Positions 10,261-20,246 of a DNA stretch of 64,000 bases are shown here, one piece after another. The notes beneath the pieces are model-generated. The model searched no databases. It saw nothing but the letters and a program-made list of their open reading frames with translations, and was not told where the DNA came from. Numbering within the stretch: the first letter of the stretch is position 1; each line of letters starts with the position of its first letter. The DNA comes from Nitrososphaeria archaeon (GTDB taxonomy: Archaea > Thermoproteota > Nitrososphaeria > JACIWG01), in the NCBI GenBank assembly GCA_963752255.1, contig CAVVXT010000010.1, positions 64,001 through 128,000 on the forward strand, given 5' to 3'. The position numbers and the translations under genes were made by a program.

Positions 10261-10775
10261 AAAAGCATAGGAAAAAAATTGAAATCGCTGAAGACGTCGT
10301 TATTGTAGTCCTATTTATATCCCTTGCAATACTTCTAGTAAATGTTGCATTTGGGAACTCGCCATTCTGGTATGTCGAAGGAATCAGTATGCACCCTACC
10401 CTAGAAAATGGGGACCTTATCATAATAGTTAGAACACCTTTTGACAACTTAAAGATAGGAGACATTATTGTCTATTACAGCCACATCTATAACTTCAGGA
10501 TCGTGCATCGAATAATAGAAATAAGTAATTACAACGGCGATAAGATTTTAATAACTAAAGGTGACAACAATCTAGGACCAGACCCTTCATATATAACAAG
10601 GGACGATTACGTTGGAAAATATACTGGGATAAGAATCCCATATGTTGGTTTCCTTTATCAAGCTCTAGCGCCTCCTGTGAACTATTTTATAATAGCCATT
10701 CTTGTAATATACTTGATATACATTGACTTATACAAGCCCCTAAGAAATAAGGAAAACGCTTCTAAGGCTTCGTGA
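10245..10775 (+). CDS. signal peptidase I (archaeal Sec11/S26B type)
   Basis: SMHPTL, GD, IVHRI, TKGDNN...D. Confidence 0.9.
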   Translation: MVNSVKKHRKKIEIAEDVVIVVLFISLAILLVNVAFGNSPFWYVEGISMHPTLENGDLIIIVRTPFDNLKIGDIIVYYSHIYNFRIVHRIIEISNYNGDKILITKGDNNLGPDPSYITRDDYVGKYTGIRIPYVGFLYQALAPPVNYFIIAILVIYLIYIDLYKPLRNKENASKAS

Positions 10776-10869
10776 GTTTAATTAAAAATATTAATGATAA
10801 GTCGAAAGCAAAAGATGGGGTTTATAAACTCTTTTATATAGCTAGTTTAAATATGTTTAATGAGAAGTA

Positions 10870-11430
10870 ATGTCTAAGGGAAAACGAATTGTCAGCATCG
10901 AAAATGTTGTTGCTTCAGCTTCCGTTAATCAAAACATAAATCTAATAGAAATCACAAGAAGGTTTACAAATGTTGAATACAGACCGGACCAGTTCCCAGG
11001 ATTAGTCTTCAGACTTAAAACACCTAAAACAGCTACGTTAATTTTTAGTTCCGGAAAGATGGTTTGCACAGGTGGAAAGTCTGAGGAGCAAGCTTTCAAA
11101 GCTGTTCACATGGTCGCTAAAATGCTCAAGGAGGGGGGAATAGAAATTACAAATGAGCCTGTAATAGAGATACAGAATATTGTGGCATCTGCCAGTTTAG
11201 GTGGGAGAGTAGACTTAGAAGAGGCAGCAAGGAAGCTTCCTAGATCTATGTATGAGCCTGAACAATTCCCTGGTCTAATACACAGAATGCTTAAACCTAA
11301 GACGGTTATACTACTTTTTGCAAGCGGAAAGCTCGTTTGCACTGGAGCGAAGAAGGAGCAAGAGGTTTATGAAGCCGTCTCTAACCTGCACCAGACCCTT
11401 GAGGAGCTTGCCTTAATGGTTTATCAATAA
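10870..11430 (+). CDS. tbp: TATA-box-binding protein
   Basis: Two repeats NVVAS...YxPxQFPGL...LIFSSGKMVCTG. Confidence 0.98.
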   Translation: MSKGKRIVSIENVVASASVNQNINLIEITRRFTNVEYRPDQFPGLVFRLKTPKTATLIFSSGKMVCTGGKSEEQAFKAVHMVAKMLKEGGIEITNEPVIEIQNIVASASLGGRVDLEEAARKLPRSMYEPEQFPGLIHRMLKPKTVILLFASGKLVCTGAKKEQEVYEAVSNLHQTLEELALMVYQ

Positions 11431-11530
11431 TAAAATTCCAAATAATTATCCCTTTTTCTTCACACAGCGTTATATGTTATATGAGATGACCCAGAATAAA
11501 TTTTAAGAATTACTCTTTTTACCGCATAGA

Positions 11531-12160
11531 CTATTTCAGACCTATCTGTTTTAGAACCGCAGTATACTCCTCTTCATTTATGACGTCGTTGGTATATAGT
11601 TCTTTTGTAAGTTCCGTTACTTTGGCGACATAGTGAATATTAACACCTAACTTCTTAAGATTCTCGATTCCACCTTCCTCTCTGTCTACAAGAACAATTG
11701 AATCGTCTATTTCACATCCTTCAGCAGAGATCTTTTCCTTTGAATTAATAAGAGAAGAACCGGTCGTTATGAGGTCGTCTACAAGAAGCACTCGATCGCC
11801 TGGTTTTATCAGACCTTCAATGTTTCTTTGTGTGCCGTGCTGCCTAGCTTCTTTCCTTATATATATAAGAGGCTTCTCCAAAAATACGGCTATTACAGAA
11901 GCAAAGACAAGACCCGAAGTTGGTATACCGCATATGATATCGAACTTTGATAAACCTATTTCTTTCACTATGCTCTTACAATACATATCTATGATACTTT
12001 TGAAGATTGGAGGATAACTTGGTACCAGTCTAAGATCGATGTAGTAGCTGCTCATCTTTCCACTGGTTAACGTGAAAACACCAAATTTCAAAGCTTGAGT
12101 CTTGACAAGAGATTTAGCAAGTTCCCTAACAAATGAAGACTTTTCTATTTCCCAGCTCAT
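11531..12160 (-). CDS. pyrE: orotate phosphoribosyltransferase
   Basis: FTLTSGKMSSYYIDLR, RKEARQHG, LVDDLITTGSS, DREEGG. Confidence 0.95.
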   Translation of the reverse strand: MSWEIEKSSFVRELAKSLVKTQALKFGVFTLTSGKMSSYYIDLRLVPSYPPIFKSIIDMYCKSIVKEIGLSKFDIICGIPTSGLVFASVIAVFLEKPLIYIRKEARQHGTQRNIEGLIKPGDRVLLVDDLITTGSSLINSKEKISAEGCEIDDSIVLVDREEGGIENLKKLGVNIHYVAKVTELTKELYTNDVINEEEYTAVLKQIGLK

Positions 12161-12807
12161 ACTTCCACCACCGTTTCTATATCCTTAGGTATTATTTGAA
12201 CCCTGACCCTAGGATCTTTTGCTTCGACAAGAGATTTAAAATCACTAAATCTAGTACCATGGATTGGTATCGCAATCTTTGACTGAATGATATGAACCAT
12301 TTCACTTGCACTTTTTGGAGAAGCACCGGGAGCGATTCCTATCGGAACAAAGATTAGGTCAACATTTAGCTTTGCTATCTGCGAATGTTCTCCGGCGACG
12401 AGAGAATCACTAGCGTAAAAAATTCTTGTACCATCATAGTATTCAATAAGGTAAGTAACAGGGTTGACAGCTGGGTGCACGCTCTTATATGCGGTCACAA
12501 TAATTTTGGAGTCTTTGAAAACATCCCAAGGCTTCATGGTCCTTAACCTTTCCCTTGGGATATATTTTTTTAGTCTGCTACCTGATTCGATATCTGCTAA
12601 TACCATCGGGGAGTACGTTGAGAGATCGTTGACAAGCCTAATATCGAGGTGATCTGAGTGCTCATGGGAAATTAGTATATAATCTACTTCACCAATTGTT
12701 GATGAAGGTACAAGATAGGGGTCTATAACCAAATTGACGTTGTTATAGGTTATTTTCAATCCAGAGTATTCATTAAACCAAAGCACTTTGATGATCTTTT
12801 TGACCAT
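12157..12807 (-). CDS. metallo-beta-lactamase fold hydrolase
   Basis: IDPY, SHEHSDH, H, SD, IPIH; start is 4-nt overlap-coupled to pyrE. Confidence 0.85.
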   Translation of the reverse strand: MVKKIIKVLWFNEYSGLKITYNNVNLVIDPYLVPSSTIGEVDYILISHEHSDHLDIRLVNDLSTYSPMVLADIESGSRLKKYIPRERLRTMKPWDVFKDSKIIVTAYKSVHPAVNPVTYLIEYYDGTRIFYASDSLVAGEHSQIAKLNVDLIFVPIGIAPGASPKSASEMVHIIQSKIAIPIHGTRFSDFKSLVEAKDPRVRVQIIPKDIETVVEV

Positions 12808-12857
12808 ACGACACAGGATACGTTAAACCCAAGATAAAGACTTTTAAAAAAAGAATT

Positions 12858-14057
12858 TTGAGAAAGAACAAGAATATATTTACAAGCTCATCATGGTTGA
12901 TGGAGAAGAAGATGCCTGAAGTTTGGTTAAAATATGGTAAAGTCGAGGTGGCTCTGGAGATTCAAAGGGAGAGGCTTGGGCAAGTTATAGAAGATCCACT
13001 TCCTAGTATAGAAATAGAACAAATAGAAAAGGAACTTCAGCCCTTAAAGGAGGATAAGGAAATCAACTTGCTCGTTGGAGACTTTGAGACGTCAACCATA
13101 CAGTTTTTGCAATATCTCGCAAACTATCTTGGAGCAGCCAAGGTCAATATTTATTCAAGTGATCAAATTCTAAAGCAGCTTAAGAAAAGCCTTAAGGATT
13201 TACTTTATTCATTCCTGAAAATCGAAGAAGAAAGGTTTCCTGTAGGCATCGTTGATGGCGTTCCATTAAAGCTTCCAGCCATCCTCTCAAAGACCAACCT
13301 CTATTTGATTTCTTCAGTTGGATACAGCCCTCTATTTGGGTTTTCAGGTGGGTCTACATGTCTGCTGGCATTTTGTGGAGACGATTTAAAATATGAAGCA
13401 ATAAAAAGAGAGACTGAGCTAAAGCCTAATTCGGGTAAAGAAACATCGGCCGGATGGTTTGCTAATCGAGTTTCTGAAGAAGTAAGCGGATTAAAGGGTG
13501 TTGAGATTCTTCCCGGAAGCAGCGGGTTTAGTAAAATTTTCTTAGGAAATGTCCAAGAAGTACACAAGATAGCTAGCCAAGAACTCTTAAAGTATTCAAT
13601 GAAAAAGGTTAGTTCTAAGGTTTCACTCGCCATTGTAGCACCTGGTGAAGAAGAAAAATGTCGAACTTTAGATCTTTCACTTAATTCGTTATGGAACGTT
13701 CTTCAAGCAATGGAAGAAGGATCCACTATTATTTTATTGTCAGAAGCGATTGAAAGTCTCGGATCAGAAGCACTGTCAAGATATGTTTACACAGGATTAG
13801 ACATAAAAGACTTGTTAAAGAGAGGACCGTATTTGGAAGGACTTGAAAATCTTTATTATTTATCAGATATTAAAACTAAGTACGACCTAGGATTTCTGAC
13901 AACACTTCCTAAAGCACTAATTGAAAAAAGACTTGGTTTCAAAAGCTTCCTTACGGGCAACTCTACGGTAGATTATCTTGTAGAAAAAAGTGGGGATAAA
14001 AAGAAGAAGATCACGATAGTTACAAGAGGGGATAAAAGTCTTCTAACAGGGGTCTAG
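12858..14057 (+). CDS. degenerate LarA (lactate racemase)-like protein; probable start MPEVWLKYG at about 12912
   Basis: WLKYG N-terminus, FGFSGG, and C-terminal EGSTIILLSEAIESLG resembling LarA_C. Confidence 0.55.
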   Translation: MRKNKNIFTSSSWLMEKKMPEVWLKYGKVEVALEIQRERLGQVIEDPLPSIEIEQIEKELQPLKEDKEINLLVGDFETSTIQFLQYLANYLGAAKVNIYSSDQILKQLKKSLKDLLYSFLKIEEERFPVGIVDGVPLKLPAILSKTNLYLISSVGYSPLFGFSGGSTCLLAFCGDDLKYEAIKRETELKPNSGKETSAGWFANRVSEEVSGLKGVEILPGSSGFSKIFLGNVQEVHKIASQELLKYSMKKVSSKVSLAIVAPGEEEKCRTLDLSLNSLWNVLQAMEEGSTIILLSEAIESLGSEALSRYVYTGLDIKDLLKRGPYLEGLENLYYLSDIKTKYDLGFLTTLPKALIEKRLGFKSFLTGNSTVDYLVEKSGDKKKKITIVTRGDKSLLTGV

Positions 14058-15167
14058 ATCGGTATCGGCGCGCAAAGAATGACGACAGCTATCATAAGGA
14101 CGAAAACAATCTTTCTTGATCTTGATAACGGTGAAATTTCATCTAAAGGTCTTATATTGCTTTGACTAGAAGAGAAGAATAGAACCAGAAGCGCCATGAG
14201 CAAAAACCCAAAGATCGCCATTATAATTGCTGATAAAAAAGTGGCAATCGTTTGTTGCCTTCCTGAGAGAACACTGCGGGCCATGTGACCGCCATCAAGT
14301 TGCCATGCGGGTAGCGTATTCAGGAATGTTATAAGAAAACCGAACCATGCAGCGTAAGCTATAGGGGACATGATGACTACAACCTCTTGTGAAATAGAGA
14401 CTTTACCTAGGCATGGTCATCATCAAATTCATCAACAAAGGAATATTAGTAACTGTGACTTGATTGGAACCGAATAAACTATTAAACGTACTTAGAGGAA
14501 GAGTAACAGAAGACAACACACCAAAAACTCCAACCAGTGTAGTAGTAATGAAACCAGCAAGAGGACCGAAAAGACCGATATCAAATTGTATGTCTCGATT
14601 AGGCATCGGATCCGTGGCAAAGATGACTGCACCGAAAGTTGGAATCCCTGTACCTGGTATACCTGGGATGAAATAAGGAAGTGTAGATGCCATTCGATGC
14701 CGCCTTGCCATTAGAAGGTGACCTAGCTCGTGGAGACCAAGGATTCCTACGAATGCGAGTACATAGGACAGTGTTACAATGATAGGGTTCGATTCTGGAA
14801 AGATTTTCAGATCTATCGCCGAAGAAGCTCTTAACCAACCGTCAACCAATAAGGAAACTATTGTAGCACCAAAAAGAGCTAAAGCTATCTTGACGCTGTA
14901 CTTTTTTTTCTTCACAAAAGGTGCAACGTATAAAGTGAGGAAGTCGCCTTCTTTTCTTAGTATTGGAACGTACATTCTCTCATGCAAGAAACTGCATAGT
15001 CCAAGAAACTTATCCTTTGTATCTTTCTCCAATAAAAGTTTATATTCAATAGCACCATCGGAATGAACATATGAGTCGAGAACAGTGAAGTTCTTTTTGA
15101 CTTCATTTGTTATCTCTTCAAAAGTCGCCACGTTCGACGGCCCAATATTCTCCATCTGAGGAGGCAT
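14054..15167 (-). CDS. site-2 protease (M50 intramembrane zinc metalloprotease); single frameshift at about 14408
   Basis: HELGH in the first ORF and NTLPAWQLDGGH in the second; removing one base joins them via TMLGKVSISQEVVVIMSPIAY. Confidence 0.85.
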
Positions 15168-15216
15168 GAAGTATCGAACTTTAAAACTTATCTATAATAT
15201 CGTTCATGGCGTATAT

Positions 15217-15714
15217 GTGCAAATATTTATCCCCCAAGAATACAGTATGAGGAAGGCCAGAGAAGAGGATATCGACGGCGTCGTTTACGTTAACAGCGAA
15301 GCACTCCCTGAACACTACACACTTTCATTTTATAATTCTATTTTGACAACTAATCCAGACACCTTCTTGGTTGTAGATTACAATGGTAGAATAGTAGCAT
15401 ACCATATGGGTAGAATTGAATATGGTTTTTCATTAAAAGGAAAGAAGTTGTTCATAAAAAAAGGGCATGTCATTTCTATCGCTGTACTCGAAGAGTATAG
15501 AAAAAAGAGTTTAGGGAGCGCCTTAATGCAGATGGCATTAGACCAGTTTAGTAAAAACGGCTGTGAAATATCATTTCTTGAAGTGAGAACCTCAAACGAA
15601 AACGCAATAAATATCTATAAAAAAAATGGCTACAACATAACAGAACGAATTAAGGGATACTATAATGACGGAGAAGATGCCTACGTCATGGAAAAAAAGC
15701 TTCTAAAACAATAA
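15217..15714 (+). CDS. rimI: N-terminal protein acetyltransferase (RimI/Ard1 family GNAT)
   Basis: LPEHY, GHVISIAV, LEVRTSNENAI, YYNDGEDAYVM; GTG at 15217 is a likelier start than 15166. Confidence 0.88.
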   Translation: MQIFIPQEYSMRKAREEDIDGVVYVNSEALPEHYTLSFYNSILTTNPDTFLVVDYNGRIVAYHMGRIEYGFSLKGKKLFIKKGHVISIAVLEEYRKKSLGSALMQMALDQFSKNGCEISFLEVRTSNENAINIYKKNGYNITERIKGYYNDGEDAYVMEKKLLKQ

Positions 15715-16318
15715 TTAAGAAAGATTATAATATGTAACAGAAAAGAGGATTAATTTTTGTGCCAGAATATTCTAAATTTTAATGATTCTGCACATTTTTC
15801 AGACTGAATTATCCTTTTTTTGGACTAAGTATTTGTAGTTTAAAATTTGTCCTCAACAATTCGAAGTGACCAAGGACGCATTAGTCTTTCAAAAGATAGA
15901 CTTTCACGAATAGAACGTTGGTATTAAAATGAGTTAAGCCAGCCTGTTAATATCATTTAAACATGCCATTTGTCCAAATCAAATTTTAAAACCATTTAGA
16001 GCAACATTATTAATCTTGATGCTTTAAAATCTCTATTTCGTTTCTTGAATTGGGATAAAGTAGACAATTACTGATGACAGCACTTGTAAAGATAAAAACG
16101 GCACCATTAGTATTTCTTTAACTTTAAGACAGAGATATAAAGTATGGGAGTGAAGTCTAATAGAATTTGAGTTATCAGATGAGGCCATTAAAATCAAGTT
16201 AATACAAAAATTTTTTTAGTTAATTAAATTTATTAACAAAGTTAGAATCCGTATACACTTTGTTAAAGAAAAAGTTGATTATAAACAATTTTTATATTTG
16301 CCTTGCTTTGCTTATAGC

Positions 16319-16615
16319 ATGGAAGATGCTTTAAAGAATAGGATAGAAAAAGCGCTTGAGAAGGTCTACGACCCTGAAATTGGTGTTCCTATCACAGAGA
16401 TGAAACTTGTCGATAAAATCGTTATAGAAGGGGAAAATATAACCGTAGAATATCACCTTTCAATGCCCTATTGTCCACCTATGTTTGCAATAAAAATAGG
16501 TCAAGATATAAAGAAGACAATTTCAAAATTGGAAGGTGTGAAGTCTGTAAAAGCAATTTTGAAGAACCATTACCTTGCTAATCAAATAACAGAGATGGTG
16601 AATAAAGAAGAGTAA
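16319..16615 (+). CDS. DUF59/MIP18 iron-sulfur cluster assembly protein
   Basis: VYDPEIGVPITEMKLV, PYCP. Confidence 0.85.
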   Translation: MEDALKNRIEKALEKVYDPEIGVPITEMKLVDKIVIEGENITVEYHLSMPYCPPMFAIKIGQDIKKTISKLEGVKSVKAILKNHYLANQITEMVNKEE

Positions 16616-16778
16616 TTTTCCATTACTATAGTATGTTTTTTAGTATTTCCAGCTATAACACTAAATCCATTCAAAAAATGTTAAGCATTAAAACATTAAA
16701 TAAGATACTATTCACATTGATCATTATACATTCAAAAATAGATAAGTTAATGCAATAGAAAATGTTTATAAAATAAAA

Positions 16779-17060
16779 TCAGATCGCTAGACCAAAGTTC
16801 TTTGCAAATTCAGAAAAGTCTTTGTATACATTAAGATATTCTAGACCAGCCGGTGTAATCTTATACTTTGTAAACTTCTCCATTCTGATCTCTTCAATCA
16901 GACCAACACTAACGAGTTCGGTGATGATCTTGATTGCGCGAATATAGGAAAGGTTGGCTTTCCGCATTAACTGAGCTATACCAATACCGTCTTGATGCCC
17001 ATCTTTAACTGCAAAAAGTACATCAGAAACGATATGGACTTGGTTGCGATAGCTCATCAT
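16779..17060 (-). CDS. winged-helix transcriptional regulator (archaeal HTH_45 type)
   Basis: YRNQVHIVSDVL, LMRKANLSY, YKITPAGLEYL. Confidence 0.8.
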   Translation of the reverse strand: MMSYRNQVHIVSDVLFAVKDGHQDGIGIAQLMRKANLSYIRAIKIITELVSVGLIEEIRMEKFTKYKITPAGLEYLNVYKDFSEFAKNFGLAI

Positions 17061-17669
17061 CTACGATTTAGCACCTCTATAATATATCCATATCGGAAGA
17101 GAAAATGCGACAATACCTATTATTTGGAAAACTAAAGAGAAAATTTGATAAAAAAAAGGGTTGTAAACAAATTCAGCAAGCCAACTTAAAACTGATTGAG
17201 CCGCAAAACCTATTAAACCCAATGCAGTTATTAAAACAATCTTAGACCTGTTCATGGAATATGAAATCAGAGTTTCTAGGGTAGCGTAGAATATAAAGAA
17301 AATGGAAAGAGCTTTAAATGCAGCAATGGGATTGAATATGAATAAAGAGAGACTCGCAACCTTTTTTTCTTGTGAGACTTTAACCATATGAGAAAATGCT
17401 ATAAAGAAAAAGCCCATCATTTCGAAGAAAGAGGCACCTATGTGAAGGTAGTTATAAAAAACGGTAAATCCGAAGATTACAAGAAAATCCGCAAAAAATT
17501 GTAGGAAGAAGTTAACTGAGAGGCTTGCAAAAGCAAGGGAAAGCCTCGCGAAAACTGACCTCTTGGTTTCTGAAAAACCTTTGTAGGAAACAAACAGTAC
17601 TGATATAGCCATCACTAAAGCAATTACTTCCAGGACTATCTTTGACTCCTCATACATTACTACGGTCAA
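17061..17669 (-). CDS. multi-pass membrane protein (about 6-7 TM), coupled to the wHTH gene
   Basis: Hydrophobic throughout; its stop directly abuts the wHTH ATG. Confidence 0.7.
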   Translation of the reverse strand: MTVVMYEESKIVLEVIALVMAISVLFVSYKGFSETKRSVFARLSLAFASLSVNFFLQFFADFLVIFGFTVFYNYLHIGASFFEMMGFFFIAFSHMVKVSQEKKVASLSLFIFNPIAAFKALSIFFIFYATLETLISYSMNRSKIVLITALGLIGFAAQSVLSWLAEFVYNPFFYQIFSLVFQIIGIVAFSLPIWIYYRGAKS

Positions 17670-17907
17670 TCAACCTTTCCTATGACGGATTGTAGTTATT
17701 AACTTAATTAATAAAGTGTGAATAAAAGTTAAGCCAGAATACAAAAGTTTTTATTCAAAGAAAGTGTTTAAAAAAAATATTATCTATGAGTTTGAGAATA
17801 AGTTAAAAGTTAGGAAAATTAGGTTTTACATAGATCTTTTATAATAGTAGGGTATTATTTCAAAAATTTAAATACGCCTTATAAGATATTCTGCCTAGAG
17901 GCAAATT

Positions 17908-18216
17908 TTGGTGGAGATTTGTTCCGTTTGTGGGTTACCTAAGGACCTTTGTGTCTGTGAACAAATAAGCAAAGAAAGTGCTAAGATTACTGTACGTTTG
18001 GAGGTTAGAAGGTTTGGTAAACAGACGACTGTTATCGAAGGCATAGATCCGAAGTATAACGATCTGCAGAAAGTCGCCCAGCAGCTCAAGACAGCTTTAG
18101 CTTGTGGTGGTACAGCTAAGAACGGCACCATCCTTTTGCAGGGCGATCACAGGGATGTTATCAAAGAAAGGCTCGTGCAGCTAGGATTTAACAACAATGC
18201 TGTAGAAGTTCAATAG
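17908..18216 (+). CDS. sui1: translation initiation factor aIF-1 (SUI1)
   Basis: CGLPKDLCVC, RRFGKQTTVIEG, LACGGT, LQGDHR. Confidence 0.95.
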   Translation: MVEICSVCGLPKDLCVCEQISKESAKITVRLEVRRFGKQTTVIEGIDPKYNDLQKVAQQLKTALACGGTAKNGTILLQGDHRDVIKERLVQLGFNNNAVEVQ

Positions 18217-18223
18217 GGGAAAA

Positions 18224-18406
18224 ATGTTGAGTGAAGAACCAAAGATACGTAGAGTATCCGTCAGCAAAGGAAGAATCAAATATTGTCCAACGTGTTTGAG
18301 TAAACTAAAACCGGTGCTTGGTCTCCACGGTTGGTTATTACCGCAGGAATACGAATGCCCAGTTTGTGGCTACAGAGGGCCCATAGGTTTAGAAAAAGAA
18401 GAATAG
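18224..18406 (+). CDS. small CxxC...CxxC zinc-finger protein
   Basis: YCPTC...GWLLP..YECPVCGYRGP; 7 nt after sui1. Confidence 0.75.
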   Translation: MLSEEPKIRRVSVSKGRIKYCPTCLSKLKPVLGLHGWLLPQEYECPVCGYRGPIGLEKEE

Positions 18407-18519
18407 AACAATCTGTTCAGAACTATGTAAAGGAGCCTGCTTAGGAGATTGTCCAAAAATTTACAAAAGTATTTCCTAATTACTTCCCAAATTGCAAAAT
18501 TTTATTTAATCATTTACCT

Positions 18520-19518
18520 GTGGTAGACTTGTTGAAGAATCCTGTAAACCAGAAAAACACAGCGGAACGGTTCTTTAGCATAGTGGTTATCATCTTGTTA
18601 CTCTTGGTGATAGCAACCATGATATTATCGTTTATCCTAGGCCCCTATGTCATATTCAATACAGACGTTGGTCAACAGGTGGAAGGGGAAGCGCAAGAAT
18701 ATTATTTATTTATTATAGGTGGCCTGTTGGCCTTACCCTTCACAGTTGGCATTCAACAACAGTTTGTTTTCGAGTGGGTCATATGTCTCTCAATATTTAC
18801 AATTCTTGTATTCTCAGGTAAGGAGAATGTATTAAAGTCCTTAAAAGAAGCTTACACAAATGGAACTCTGAAGCTCTTCGATAATAATCTTTCAGCAGCA
18901 ACTTTAATCTTCGCTGTCACAATCGTCATCGTACTTGTAATTGACACTTTACAAAATCAGATAGGAATATCCAGTGGGTCGCTACCCGTAACAAATCCTG
19001 CAGAATTCCTAACCCTAGTCTCATGGGCTCCGATATCAGAAGAGATAGGTTTTAGGCTGTCAATAATAGGATTGTTCTCTCTATTGTCAATCCAAGGTTT
19101 GCGAGTCAAAATTCCCATCCTAGAGTATCTAATTGCTCCTGTGCCAACGCTAAGAAAAATAATTAATGTAGAAGATGGTAAAAGGAGAGTGAGAAATGTG
19201 TTCATAACCTTAATCATATCTTCAGCCCTGTTATTTGGTTTCTTACACATCACTCCTGGTTCCGGATGGGAGATAGGAAAATTTAGTGAAGCGACTGCTG
19301 CGGGTATTATGCTAGGTATAGCTTACTCTTACTATGGTATTGGAGCCGCAATACTGGTCCATTGGGGTTTTAACTATTATTCAGATGCAATTTATTTTTT
19401 TGAAGAGCAAGTTTCTAACCTTGGTCTTTCATCTTTCGTCGACATCGTTGTTTTTACGTTGGGTACGGTCATAATAATTTATTACGCTTCAAGTTTCCTG
19501 ATTCATAGAATTAGGTAA
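18520..19518 (+). CDS. CPBP (CAAX/Abi) intramembrane metalloprotease
   Basis: APISEEIGFR, FGFLH, HWGFN. Confidence 0.85.
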   Translation: MVDLLKNPVNQKNTAERFFSIVVIILLLLVIATMILSFILGPYVIFNTDVGQQVEGEAQEYYLFIIGGLLALPFTVGIQQQFVFEWVICLSIFTILVFSGKENVLKSLKEAYTNGTLKLFDNNLSAATLIFAVTIVIVLVIDTLQNQIGISSGSLPVTNPAEFLTLVSWAPISEEIGFRLSIIGLFSLLSIQGLRVKIPILEYLIAPVPTLRKIINVEDGKRRVRNVFITLIISSALLFGFLHITPGSGWEIGKFSEATAAGIMLGIAYSYYGIGAAILVHWGFNYYSDAIYFFEEQVSNLGLSSFVDIVVFTLGTVIIIYYASSFLIHRIR

Positions 19519-19546
19519 TAGTTTATATCAGCTACACCTTGTATTC

Positions 19547-20053
19547 TTGGGGACACAAATGAGCATATTAGGAAAAAGTGAAATCGTTAAGTTGCAGAAG
19601 GAGTATAGAATATTATATCCCTTCAACGATCAACTTTTGGACGGAGACGGATATATATTGACGGTTAGAAACAGTGTTGTTTTAAACTATCTTGAACACA
19701 AGAACTTGATCTCGAAAGAAATAATCATGCTTCCAACAAACATCGTCGCGCACCTTACAGCGAAAAGTAGATTTGGCAGGCTAGGCCTTTCTTTCCTTAA
19801 CGCGGCAAAAGTTCACAGCGGGTTCGTGGGAAGATTGGCGTTAGAGATGGTAAACCTATCAAATGAGAGGGCGCCCATAACTATAAGACAGAACGACCCC
19901 TTTATGCATATTGAATTCCTTCAGCGCCTGGGAGAGCCCGATCCTTACAAAGGAGAATATCAATTTCAATTCATGACGTTGGAGGAAGTAGATGAAGCGG
20001 TTCCCTTTCTAAAAAAGATTTTCCCAGATTTTAAGAGTCATCCTAAAAAATAA
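19547..20053 (+). CDS. dcd: dCTP deaminase family protein
   Basis: AKSRFGRLG, VHSGFVGRLALE, PYKGEYQ. Confidence 0.75.
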   Translation: MGTQMSILGKSEIVKLQKEYRILYPFNDQLLDGDGYILTVRNSVVLNYLEHKNLISKEIIMLPTNIVAHLTAKSRFGRLGLSFLNAAKVHSGFVGRLALEMVNLSNERAPITIRQNDPFMHIEFLQRLGEPDPYKGEYQFQFMTLEEVDEAVPFLKKIFPDFKSHPKK

Positions 20054-20246
20054 AATGGGATAAGATAGTAGAAACTGTATTATCGACTGTCCTAGAATAT
20101 TTGTAATAGTTAATATATGCCCTGCGATTTTCGCAAATAATTAATGCATTAAAGATTTCTTCTTCTATCTATTCTTCTTTCTTCTAAGAAAGAGGTGTCA
20201 TTAGTTGGCTTTTTTTCCGTCGACTTTAGCAACCGGTACGATCTAT

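Noticed and set aside
15714-16298. Long AT-rich intergenic region as possible ncRNA or replication origin
   Set aside because: No stable stems, ORB-like repeats or cdc6 seen, and no convincing protein remnant
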